Below the pieces are notes generated by a model. That model saw only the letters and a list, made by a program, of their open reading frames with translations, did no database searches and was not told the origin of the DNA. From assembly GCA_964610875.1 (NCBI GenBank), contig CAZSWP010000020.1, forward strand, positions 1-18,591: 18,591 nt of DNA, written 5' to 3'. Below, piece after piece: positions 8,104-16,059 of the stretch; position 1 is the stretch's first letter, and every line of letters starts with the position of its first letter. This DNA comes from an uncultured archaeon. GTDB lineage: Archaea > Asgardarchaeota > Thorarchaeia > Thorarchaeales > Thorarchaeaceae. The position numbers and the translations under genes were made by a program.

Positions 8104-9270
8104 TCATGAAGATGTTTCGATTTCATTTAACACCCACTCCGAATCTTTCGATTGCCTTAGAGAAATAAGCATGTCAAGATAAGACAAAGCTTTTTCTAAG
8201 TCGTTCTGTTGATCTTCTGGTGCTTCGACTCGCATAGAAGAAGAGATTTCAAATGCCCGGCTGTGAACATCAAGGTGCCTGACATTCATTCTTACTTCAC
8301 CGATTAGTTCAGAATTTTGATTTTTCTGTGCAATACTCAGGGCTTCTTCTAATAAAGCAATTCGACCATTCTCATATTCATACAAGAACATCATGATTTG
8401 ACTCTCAAGAATAAGGAGACGTGTAAGAAAATTAGAAGAACCCTCGAATCGCACTAATTCCTTTATCTTGCCTATCTGTGCTTGAACCTGATTGATTCGT
8501 CCCTTTCTAAGTCGCACATTCATCTGACGCAATTCACTAACAATTTTGATTTTCACAAGACTGCTGTCCTTTCTGAATCCTAGTGACATGATGAATAAAC
8601 CGAGAACTCCTCCTCCATAGGGCAATATCAAAGGGACACGATAGCCAATGATTGAAAAAAACAATGCTGAAGTCATAGACATAGAGAAGCCAAATACACC
8701 ATAGATGAACATACGTATCTGGTAGGTGATAACAGGATCTTCATTTTTGAAATCTTGATATGCTTGTATGAAAGAGAGTATAGTTGATATGAAAGCTACA
8801 GCACCAACACTGTATATTGTCGAAGCTAACCATGGACCTTCACGAGTACGGATAAAACCCTCTTCAGGGGGATCTAGATCAAGCAGGATGGCATCTGGTG
8901 AAAGCGTACCTAATACGATGATGATGAAAAGTGAAACAAACACAACAATATTTTTTCGTTGATCCCATAGTGCATCACCTTCAACAATAATTCGTGAACA
9001 CCAACATATCATGATTATTCCAGCATAAAGGAATATGTAGAATAATCTCATTGTTATGAAAATTGCCCCGTAGTTCCAAAAAAGCCATCCAAAGGGGTAA
9101 ATCATGAATGCAACCGTGCCAAACGAGGTCGCATACGTAAAGAACCGGTTCACTCGAGAGAAAGAATCTCTACTGTATACTCTGATACTAATATAAATCA
9201 AAAATATCAAACTGATTATAGAATATAGGAAATTCACCATGACTTGTACTGTCAATAGCAGCTCCTGCAC
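8104..9270 (-). CDS. 7TM membrane protein (HisKA_7TM-like sensor pattern) with a C-terminal helical TPR-like domain
   Basis: Seven hydrophobic segments in the first ~230 aa, with NRFF between TM1 and TM2. A soluble helical tail follows (LTRLLILESQI...ALLEEALSIAQK...LEKALSYL). No HisKA/HATPase motifs are seen. The start is GTG 9270 or ATG 9240. Confidence 0.75.
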   Translation of the reverse strand: MQELLLTVQVMVNFLYSIISLIFLIYISIRVYSRDSFSRVNRFFTYATSFGTVAFMIYPFGWLFWNYGAIFITMRLFYIFLYAGIIMICWCSRIIVEGDALWDQRKNIVVFVSLFIIIVLGTLSPDAILLDLDPPEEGFIRTREGPWLASTIYSVGAVAFISTILSFIQAYQDFKNEDPVITYQIRMFIYGVFGFSMSMTSALFFSIIGYRVPLILPYGGGVLGLFIMSLGFRKDSSLVKIKIVSELRQMNVRLRKGRINQVQAQIGKIKELVRFEGSSNFLTRLLILESQIMMFLYEYENGRIALLEEALSIAQKNQNSELIGEVRMNVRHLDVHSRAFEISSSMRVEAPEDQQNDLEKALSYLDMLISLRQSKDSEWVLNEIETSS

Positions 9271-9485
9271 AAAAATCCCTAGAACCAGACGAAATTGACT
9301 CTGCTATAAGTTCATTGGAATGTCATTCTTGAGAAATATAACCACCATGTACAGAAAGGTCAGTTTTCTTGATTGTAAAATCCCTGATACATTTTGATGC
9401 AATCTAGTATCAATCCTGTACTGCTCGTTCTTTGCCGAATAACCCAAGGGCATTATTTATCCGATACAATATTTCGATTATCACT

Positions 9486-11114
9486 CTATCCTGAGAATTC
9501 ATCATCTTCTTCGGGAAGTGTATCATCTTTATCTGAAAACTCGGACTGACCAAGTTCATCGACATCAGATTCTTGACCTTCATCAACAAAGGAGTCTGCA
9601 GAGTCAACCTCTTCAGATTCATCCCATTCTTCAGCATCATCTCTCTCCGGGTAATCATCAGCTTCTTCAACTTCAGCATCATCATCAGTTACTTCAGGTT
9701 CAGAAGGTTCAGTCACTATCTCTTCCTTCTCTTCTGTTGTTGGAAGCATCTTACCACCCTCATCTAACTCAGTCTGTAGTTTCGTTAGCTGAGTCTTACG
9801 TGCCACATAGAGAGCAACAATGACGGCGAATGAGAGACCAGCACCAACAAGAGTCAAAGTAGTCTGGAATTGACTTGTTGCACCACCTAAGAGCTGTTGC
9901 CACGTAATTACAAGGAAAATAAGACCAGCGACATTCATAGCAAATCCACGAATGGGGGTTTCTATTTTCTCAATACTTGTGAAATCTGTGTCTACCATTG
10001 CAGCACCAATGACACCAGCATTGTATTCAGTGGACTTGGTTTTCTTTGCCAGTTTTCGGATTGACAATTCTTTCTTTTTGCCTAGTGCCTTAATTGCAGG
10101 TTCGACTTTCCCAACCATCCGTTCTGCATAAGCCTGTCTTGCAGCTTCTTCACCAATATTGCACTTCTTACAAGTATTAGTCTTCTCGTTCCATTTTCTT
10201 AAACATTGAGGGCACTTATCTTTTGGCCAAGCTTCAGGTGCAACTTCACGCAGTCGCTGCTTTAATATATAATCACTCACACCTTTCTTATGCTCATCCT
10301 CAGATTCGACTTCTTCATTCTTCTTTCTGCCACGTATTTTCACCATTCCTGCTACTACAGTCATCAAAGCAGGAAGAGCGCCAAGAACGGTCAGATTTGG
10401 TAGAGAACGAATCTCACCAGTTTTCTTCTGTATGCTTCTTACTTTGTGAGCAGTCTGTATTCCCTCAAAAAGAGCTTTTAGATTCCCTCCAAACCCAGCA
10501 ACTGCGCCAACGGTTGCAACTCCCGCAGATGCACCAGCTACAGAAGTAAGAACATCGATAATTCCATCAGAGGGAATCTCTAAGAAGAATTCTTGTGTCA
10601 AGGTATGAAGTATACTGGACCTCCCACTGTCTGTAAGATCCATTTCATAATAATTGAAATCAAGAGAAGCCTGGAATACCCCTGTGACAGTATCAACAGG
10701 ACCAAGCTCCAGTAGTTGACCAAAGTTAAAGGTAACCTCTACCGGGTCTACGGGCATATCATGCGGCAGGTAAACCCAAGAGGTGTTATCGTACGGATTT
10801 CTCACTTCAATCGGCAATATGGCAATACCCTGGTAATAGAAAGTTATCTTCCCACTCATATTAAGTGGAACGTCATTTGTGACATTAACTTCCAGATATA
10901 GAGTCATGTTTCTGTCTCTTTGAATGGTAATTGGATTTCCTTCTGGTGCATCCGTTATGGATTGTCCATCAAATTCGACTCTTACATGCAATCTATCATC
11001 CTCAACCCAACCTTCACCGTACTGTGCGGATACCTCTTGTGAGGCAGCAAGTATGAATAGGAAGGCAAAAACTGAAACTAAGATGAGTAATCGTTTACTG
11101 ATTTTGCGTGCCAT
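9486..11114 (-). CDS. Uncharacterised multidomain membrane protein: signal peptide, beta-rich ectodomain, TM segments, C4 zinc ribbon, HTH-like segment, two TMs, acidic tail
   Basis: Likely start ATG 11114 (MARKISKRLLILVSVFAFLFILAASQEVSAQ) with SD-like AGAGGT upstream, giving 542 aa. CPQC-x10-CKKC lies at 10214-10161, followed by LSIRKLAKKTKS. The last ~80 aa are strongly D/E-rich. Confidence 0.8.
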   Translation of the reverse strand: MARKISKRLLILVSVFAFLFILAASQEVSAQYGEGWVEDDRLHVRVEFDGQSITDAPEGNPITIQRDRNMTLYLEVNVTNDVPLNMSGKITFYYQGIAILPIEVRNPYDNTSWVYLPHDMPVDPVEVTFNFGQLLELGPVDTVTGVFQASLDFNYYEMDLTDSGRSSILHTLTQEFFLEIPSDGIIDVLTSVAGASAGVATVGAVAGFGGNLKALFEGIQTAHKVRSIQKKTGEIRSLPNLTVLGALPALMTVVAGMVKIRGRKKNEEVESEDEHKKGVSDYILKQRLREVAPEAWPKDKCPQCLRKWNEKTNTCKKCNIGEEAARQAYAERMVGKVEPAIKALGKKKELSIRKLAKKTKSTEYNAGVIGAAMVDTDFTSIEKIETPIRGFAMNVAGLIFLVITWQQLLGGATSQFQTTLTLVGAGLSFAVIVALYVARKTQLTKLQTELDEGGKMLPTTEEKEEIVTEPSEPEVTDDDAEVEEADDYPERDDAEEWDESEEVDSADSFVDEGQESDVDELGQSEFSDKDDTLPEEDDEFSG

Positions 11115-11281
11115 ATTTTCAACCTCTACTGTCAACTAAAGCGAGGTGAGATTTGTGTAGAAGTATCCAGAAAAGAGTTTTGCATAGATATCCAGCCCGA
11201 TTTTTCTACATATAATGTTGCATTATCTCTGTTTTCAGTAACATCACAGATAATCTAATGCTTATGATACAAATGGGTTTG

Positions 11282-11302
11282 AAGGAGTGACAATCACTCC
11301 TT
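11282..11302 (-). terminator. Perfect hairpin immediately downstream of the hydrogenase operon
   Basis: AAGGAGTGA-CAA-TCACTCCTT forms a 9-bp stem with a 3-nt loop, extendable by TTTG/CAAA with one bulge. It lies 8 nt past the large-subunit stop. Confidence 0.55.
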
Positions 11303-11310
11303 ACAAATTA

Positions 11311-12591
11311 TTAATGCACCTCTGTCATATGACAGGAACAGCTGATGCAAGGGTCATATGCCCGAATCAACCGATTAAGAGAGAGTTTGATATCAGACTC
11401 AGAGTGATTGGCAATCTGTGGGAAGAAAGCCCAAACATCTTCCTCTAGATTCACATAGTTCATTGTAGTTGGAGCAATGATGTCAGCCTTCCTCAGCAAT
11501 CCATTGTCATCGAACTCATATGAGTGTACTAAGGACCCTCTAGGAGCTTCTGTGATGTGAGTGCCCTTTCCAGCCTTTGGAACTGGTTCTGGCTCATGCC
11601 ATTCTAAATCACTTTTCAGAAGAGCCTCAATTGTATCTTCAGCCATATCAAAGACCTGAGCAGTTTCTATGAGCTGTGCCGCGTTATTATGGAAGATATT
11701 ATAGCTTGGGAGTTTTATTCCCAGTTGGTCAACAGCTTTCTTTGCAAATGGAGAAAGGAGGTCTTTGTTGATATTCAATCTTGCAAGAGCGCCTACAAAA
11801 TATCCGTGACCGTCAATTCTACATTCTTTAGCATAGCTGTAATCATTCTTGCGTTCTTGTATGTATTTCTTGTAATCTTCAACTGGAGCTAGAATACCGC
11901 CTAGTGTAGATAAATTACCATCAACAAGGGCATACTCATCATCACGTTTCAATGACATATACTCAGTCTTTCGTTCGAAATCGATTTCCTCAAGACCAGC
12001 CCAAACATCCAGACAAGCTTGTAATTTTGGTCGCGATCCTCTGATTTGCTCACGAATCTCTTCCAGAGCTTGATGAGTAGGATAGCTAGTGAATCCACCA
12101 ACCATAGGAGTGACTTGATGCACCTCACGACCACCAGTAAGTATCTGAAGGTCATTACCTAGCTTTTTCAATTCTAAAGCAATCTTGACCACATCGGGAA
12201 AATCTGCTGCGGCAGAGATAACACTTTCATGACCTACATAGTCAGGCAATGCTAGGTAGAGTGCATGAAGAATATGTGATTCTATATATTCACCCCAGAC
12301 AAGCAATCTTCTAAGGTCGATATCTTGTTGATCTACTTGAATGCCCATTGCTTTCTCGACAGCTTTGGTCGAAACAACACGATGTGAGGCAGAGCAGATA
12401 GCACAAATTCTGCATGAAATCTCAGGAACCTCGGTATATTCTCGTCCTACAAGGAACGCTTCGAATAAACGTGCTCCCTCATCAACAGCCATTTTCACAT
12501 CCACTAATTTTCCATCACGTGTATTAACATAAAGAGAACCATGACCCTCGACACGTGCAATATGTTTGATATCAATACTTTCTGAAGCCAT
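11311..12591 (-). CDS. hydA: Group 3b [NiFe] hydrogenase (sulfhydrogenase-type) large catalytic alpha subunit
   Basis: ARVEGHG, GARLFEAFLVGR, L1 motif RICAICSASH, EAPRGSLVH, and L2 motif RAYDPCISCSCH followed by a 5-aa extension. The real start is likely ATG 12591 (MASESIDIK), which overlaps the delta-subunit stop (TAATG). Confidence 0.95.
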   Translation of the reverse strand: MASESIDIKHIARVEGHGSLYVNTRDGKLVDVKMAVDEGARLFEAFLVGREYTEVPEISCRICAICSASHRVVSTKAVEKAMGIQVDQQDIDLRRLLVWGEYIESHILHALYLALPDYVGHESVISAAADFPDVVKIALELKKLGNDLQILTGGREVHQVTPMVGGFTSYPTHQALEEIREQIRGSRPKLQACLDVWAGLEEIDFERKTEYMSLKRDDEYALVDGNLSTLGGILAPVEDYKKYIQERKNDYSYAKECRIDGHGYFVGALARLNINKDLLSPFAKKAVDQLGIKLPSYNIFHNNAAQLIETAQVFDMAEDTIEALLKSDLEWHEPEPVPKAGKGTHITEAPRGSLVHSYEFDDNGLLRKADIIAPTTMNYVNLEEDVWAFFPQIANHSESDIKLSLNRLIRAYDPCISCSCHMTEVH

Positions 12592-13364
12592 TAGATTTCC
12601 AACTCCCTGAATGCAGGCATATCCGCTGTTGATGGACAATACTTCAAGAATCTGCGTCTTATCTCATCAATAGTTGCACCAAGTGATTCCAATATCTTAT
12701 ACTCAGCACCCCAGTTCACCTGCGCAACTGGACCTCGACATCCTTCACAGGGAGTCCCGTAAGATGGACATAATGCATCACATCCGGCTTGTGTGACCGG
12801 TCCCATGCAGAATTTACCTTCTTTCAGAAGACAGGCATTCTCTTTGATTCTACATTCGTAACAGATTGAGTAATTAGGAACTTGAGGAGTCTTGCCAACC
12901 GCCAAAGCTTTTACTGCTTCGACGAATTCATTCTTATCCATAGGACAACCCGGCAGTTCAGCATCAACTTCAACATAATGTGATACTGGCTTGATTTCAA
13001 TCACATCAAGATAATCAAGATCGTCACCATAGACAGTCTCCTTCATCTCTTCCATATCACGTAAATTACGCATGGCTGGAAGCCCACCATGGGTTGCACA
13101 TGCTCCAATTGCTACAAGAATCTTGGAGTTCTTGCGTATTTTCTTCAGTCGCTCTACATCAGTTGATTTCGCAATAGAACCCTCAACAAATGCAATATCC
13201 CATGGCCCATCACTATTCTCTGCTTTTGCCATGACCCATGTCGTGATATCAACAAGTGCAATGATATCAAGAAGATGGTCTTCAAGATTAAGGATATTAA
13301 GTTGGCAACCTGCACAACCAGTGAATCCGAAAATTCCAACTTTTGGTTTTTTAGCGTCTGTCAC
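12591..13364 (-). CDS. hydD: Group 3b [NiFe] hydrogenase small (delta) Fe-S subunit
   Basis: GCAGC, FVEGSI, AIGACATHGG, LPGCP, CYEC...C...CMGPVTQAGCDALCP...CEGCRG. GTG start with SD AGGAGGT at 13377-13371. Confidence 0.95.
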   Translation of the reverse strand: MTDAKKPKVGIFGFTGCAGCQLNILNLEDHLLDIIALVDITTWVMAKAENSDGPWDIAFVEGSIAKSTDVERLKKIRKNSKILVAIGACATHGGLPAMRNLRDMEEMKETVYGDDLDYLDVIEIKPVSHYVEVDAELPGCPMDKNEFVEAVKALAVGKTPQVPNYSICYECRIKENACLLKEGKFCMGPVTQAGCDALCPSYGTPCEGCRGPVAQVNWGAEYKILESLGATIDEIRRRFLKYCPSTADMPAFRELEI

Positions 13365-13375
13365 CTTGGAACCTC

Positions 13376-14224
13376 CTAAATACTCTCCACAAGTCGTTGA
13401 GCTTCGAAGTATGTGAATACAGGCCCATCAATGCAAGTCAGTTTATGTCCGACTTGGCAGTGTGCACATTTGCCTATCCCACATTTCATTCTTCGTTCTA
13501 ATGAGAGGAAAATCTCGTCACGAGCAAAACCAAGTTTCAGAAGATCAGCAACCACAAACTTGTACATGACTGGTGGACCACAGATTAACGCTACCGTATT
13601 TGTAGAATCAACAGCACACTTATCGAAAAGTGTTGTAACGACTCCAACATTCTCCTGCCAAGTAGTATGACACTCGTCAACAGTCTGATGGACTTCAAAA
13701 TGCTTTGTCTTTGCCCATGCTCCTTCAAGTTCATTTACAAAGACTCGATCTTCTGGAAGACAAGCACCATAGAACAGTGTGACATTTCCAAAATTTTCTC
13801 TTCTATCTACTACATAATTGATGACAGAACGTAGAGGGACAAGACCAATTCCACCTGCAACAAAGAGAATGTTCTTTCCTTTGATATCCTCTATTGGAAA
13901 GCCATTTCCATATGGTCCTCGGATTCCCGCAACATCACCAACTTCCAAGTTATGGATAGCTTTTGTAACATCACCGGTCTCTCTTATACCAAACTGGATA
14001 CGTCCTTTTCTAGTAGGTGTTGAACTTATTGAGAAAGGTGCCTCCCCAATCCCAAGGATACTCATTTGTACAAATTGTCCTGGTTTGTAGGTGAAAGTAT
14101 CTCGTAGCTGTTCATCAAGAAACTCAAATTCAAAGAAGGTTTCTTTCTCGGTCATCTTTTCCTTTTTCACAAGTTTCGCTAAATCAGGCAAATACTCATT
14201 CTCTTTCTTCATTACCAACTGCAT
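13376..14224 (-). CDS. hydG: Group 3b hydrogenase gamma subunit (FAD/NAD(P)-binding, [2Fe-2S])
   Basis: YKPGQF, GEAPFSISS, RGPYGNGF, VAGGIGLVPLRS, ICGPPVM and ERRMKCGIGKCAHC...CIDGPVF. SD GGAGGT at 14238-14233 and a TAATG overlap with the beta subunit. Confidence 0.93.
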   Translation of the reverse strand: MQLVMKKENEYLPDLAKLVKKEKMTEKETFFEFEFLDEQLRDTFTYKPGQFVQMSILGIGEAPFSISSTPTRKGRIQFGIRETGDVTKAIHNLEVGDVAGIRGPYGNGFPIEDIKGKNILFVAGGIGLVPLRSVINYVVDRRENFGNVTLFYGACLPEDRVFVNELEGAWAKTKHFEVHQTVDECHTTWQENVGVVTTLFDKCAVDSTNTVALICGPPVMYKFVVADLLKLGFARDEIFLSLERRMKCGIGKCAHCQVGHKLTCIDGPVFTYFEAQRLVESI

Positions 14225-15297
14225 TAGATTTTACCTCCTTGGATGGGGGATGCAGCCCAATTCTCTTGAAGTCTATAGAGAATCTCCTTGATACTGATTC
14301 CAGCCGGACAAGCATCTATACAACGGCCACAACCTGTACAGGCAACTTCACCTTGTTCATAAATAGCCCCGCGCATCTTGTGATAGACACGATATTTATT
14401 CCTCACAGGCGGGTTATCACGGAAATTATGGTCACCAGCAACTAGAGCAAAATCATAGTACAGGCAAGTATCCCATCTTCTTTCACGTTCGCCTTTTGTT
14501 AGGGATAGGTCGAGATCATCACGAACATCAAAGCAGTAGCATGTAGGACAGACTAATGCACATGCGCCACAATTCATGCACTCTTCACCTAGTTCATCCC
14601 AAATTGGATCATCCCAAGCCATGTCTAGTGTTTCATGGATATTATCTATATGCAGGGATACAGGGAGAGACTGATGTTTCTTCTGTAATGCTTCCTTAAA
14701 CAGCTCTGTATCTTCTTTCGTCGCTTCGACAAAGAAATCAGATGCTAGACTCAATAGTCTATCTCCTTTTGGAGAGCCTAAATGTACATAGTAGTGACTA
14801 TCAGAGATATCGGTGAGGTACATATCATACCCTTCGAGAACGAAGTTCTTATTCATTGATCGACAAAATCCATACTTACAAGGTTCGATACAATTGAGAC
14901 CAACAATGGTCAAGTTCTCTCGATAGGCCTCGTAGTAAGGGTCAATGTATGTACCACCAAACACTTTGTCTAAGAATAGTATACCATTGATGTCGCAAGC
15001 ATGCAATCCGATAATGAGTCTTGGACGGAGAGCCTTAATTTGCTTAACAACATCTTCAACACTATTGTTTTCAGTATCAAATGACATTAAGACCTGACTC
15101 GGTGGATGCAGATATTTTTTTGCGGACATAATGGTGGTATCGTAATTTAGGTCCAGTTTAGAAACATCCTCTAATTCAGCATACACATGCGAAGTACGTT
15201 TTGGTACTGGACCAAAGACATCAAATTCAGTTTTGACTGCTTCAACGAATTTGGGTATATCTTCTTTTTTTATTGTATAAGTTGGACTCATTACCAT
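14224..15297 (-). CDS. hydB: Group 3b hydrogenase beta subunit (2x[4Fe-4S], AsrA-like)
   Basis: GLHACDI, CIEPCKYGFC, CMNCGACALVCPTCYCF, RRWDTC and CTGCGRCIDACP. The start is ATG 15297 or 15291. Confidence 0.93.
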   Translation of the reverse strand: MVMSPTYTIKKEDIPKFVEAVKTEFDVFGPVPKRTSHVYAELEDVSKLDLNYDTTIMSAKKYLHPPSQVLMSFDTENNSVEDVVKQIKALRPRLIIGLHACDINGILFLDKVFGGTYIDPYYEAYRENLTIVGLNCIEPCKYGFCRSMNKNFVLEGYDMYLTDISDSHYYVHLGSPKGDRLLSLASDFFVEATKEDTELFKEALQKKHQSLPVSLHIDNIHETLDMAWDDPIWDELGEECMNCGACALVCPTCYCFDVRDDLDLSLTKGERERRWDTCLYYDFALVAGDHNFRDNPPVRNKYRVYHKMRGAIYEQGEVACTGCGRCIDACPAGISIKEILYRLQENWAASPIQGGKI

Positions 15298-15557
15298 CAG
15301 TCCTTTATCTAGAACTCAGCCCCGACGTTGGTTTTAGCTTGATAACCTTTGAGGAATCGAACTTGAAAATTTCGAGGAAAAATGCGTTCGGTTACAAAAG
15401 AAAACTGCCCAATCCTTGTCGATTTCGAACATCTTGTGATTAGATAGTGCTTGCATTAATTTCGTGATTTTTTCTATTCCTGAAAAATTGGACTTCTCAC
15501 ATTGAAATCTGCACAGTTTGGGGGAGCTAATAACACTGGAACAGTACAATTATGTGA

Positions 15558-16040
15558 GTGAGTGAAATGCCAATAGAAGAGGAACATGATGTTGAGTTAA
15601 CAAAGATACGACAATTACAACCTGAATCACGGGGTATCAACATTCGTTTTGTAGTCCTTTCTATTGCTGAGCCTACAAAAATCAAATCGAAAAGAACTGG
15701 TAAACATTATCTTCTTGCAAAAGCAACAGTTGCAGATCAGACAGCTACAATACAGCTTAGTCTTTGGAACTGGGATATTGATGACATAAGTATTGGACAG
15801 ACATACATCCTCAGAGGTGGCTATATTGATGTTCGGGATGAGTGTATGTTTCTGACCAAGAGCAGAAATGGATCCTTCACACTTGATAAGGACTTAGAAT
15901 TGCAGGGGCAAGTCAAGCACAATATGAGTAAACCTTTTGCATGGAAAACCAAACGCCGGAGAGAACCCGATAGTGTTCGTACGTTGCACGGTGCGGTAGG
16001 TCGAAATCCAAAAGGCTACATCTCTAGAAAGGACTTCTAA
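15558..16040 (+). CDS. Single OB-fold ssDNA-binding protein (crenarchaeal SSB / RPA-like)
   Basis: IRQLQP...INIRFVVLSI...ATVADQTATIQLSLWN...IGQTYILRGGY matches the single-OB SSB pattern (vaDeTg.i.l.lW). The C-terminal tail is basic. Confidence 0.8.
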   Translation: MSEMPIEEEHDVELTKIRQLQPESRGINIRFVVLSIAEPTKIKSKRTGKHYLLAKATVADQTATIQLSLWNWDIDDISIGQTYILRGGYIDVRDECMFLTKSRNGSFTLDKDLELQGQVKHNMSKPFAWKTKRRREPDSVRTLHGAVGRNPKGYISRKDF

Positions 16041-16059
16041 TGTGTCAAGTCTTTACATA

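Noticed and set aside
9486-9735. TCA/TCT/TTC-rich low-complexity DNA that looks repeat-like
   Set aside because: It is explained by Asp/Glu codons of the acidic tail. There is no fixed repeat-spacer periodicity, so it is not a CRISPR array or tandem repeat.
12592-12639. Longer start for the hydrogenase large subunit
   Set aside because: It would overlap the delta subunit by 49 nt. ATG 12591 has an SD-like AGGGAG and a TAATG coupling like the one at 14224.
13376-15297. Alternative call as anaerobic sulfite reductase AsrA/AsrB
   Set aside because: The genes are homologous to asrA/asrB, but they are followed by NiFe small and large subunits and there is no siroheme AsrC.
15334-15549. 71-aa ORF in the hydB-SSB intergenic region
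   Set aside because: It has no SD or protein-like features and fills the space needed for two divergent promoters.
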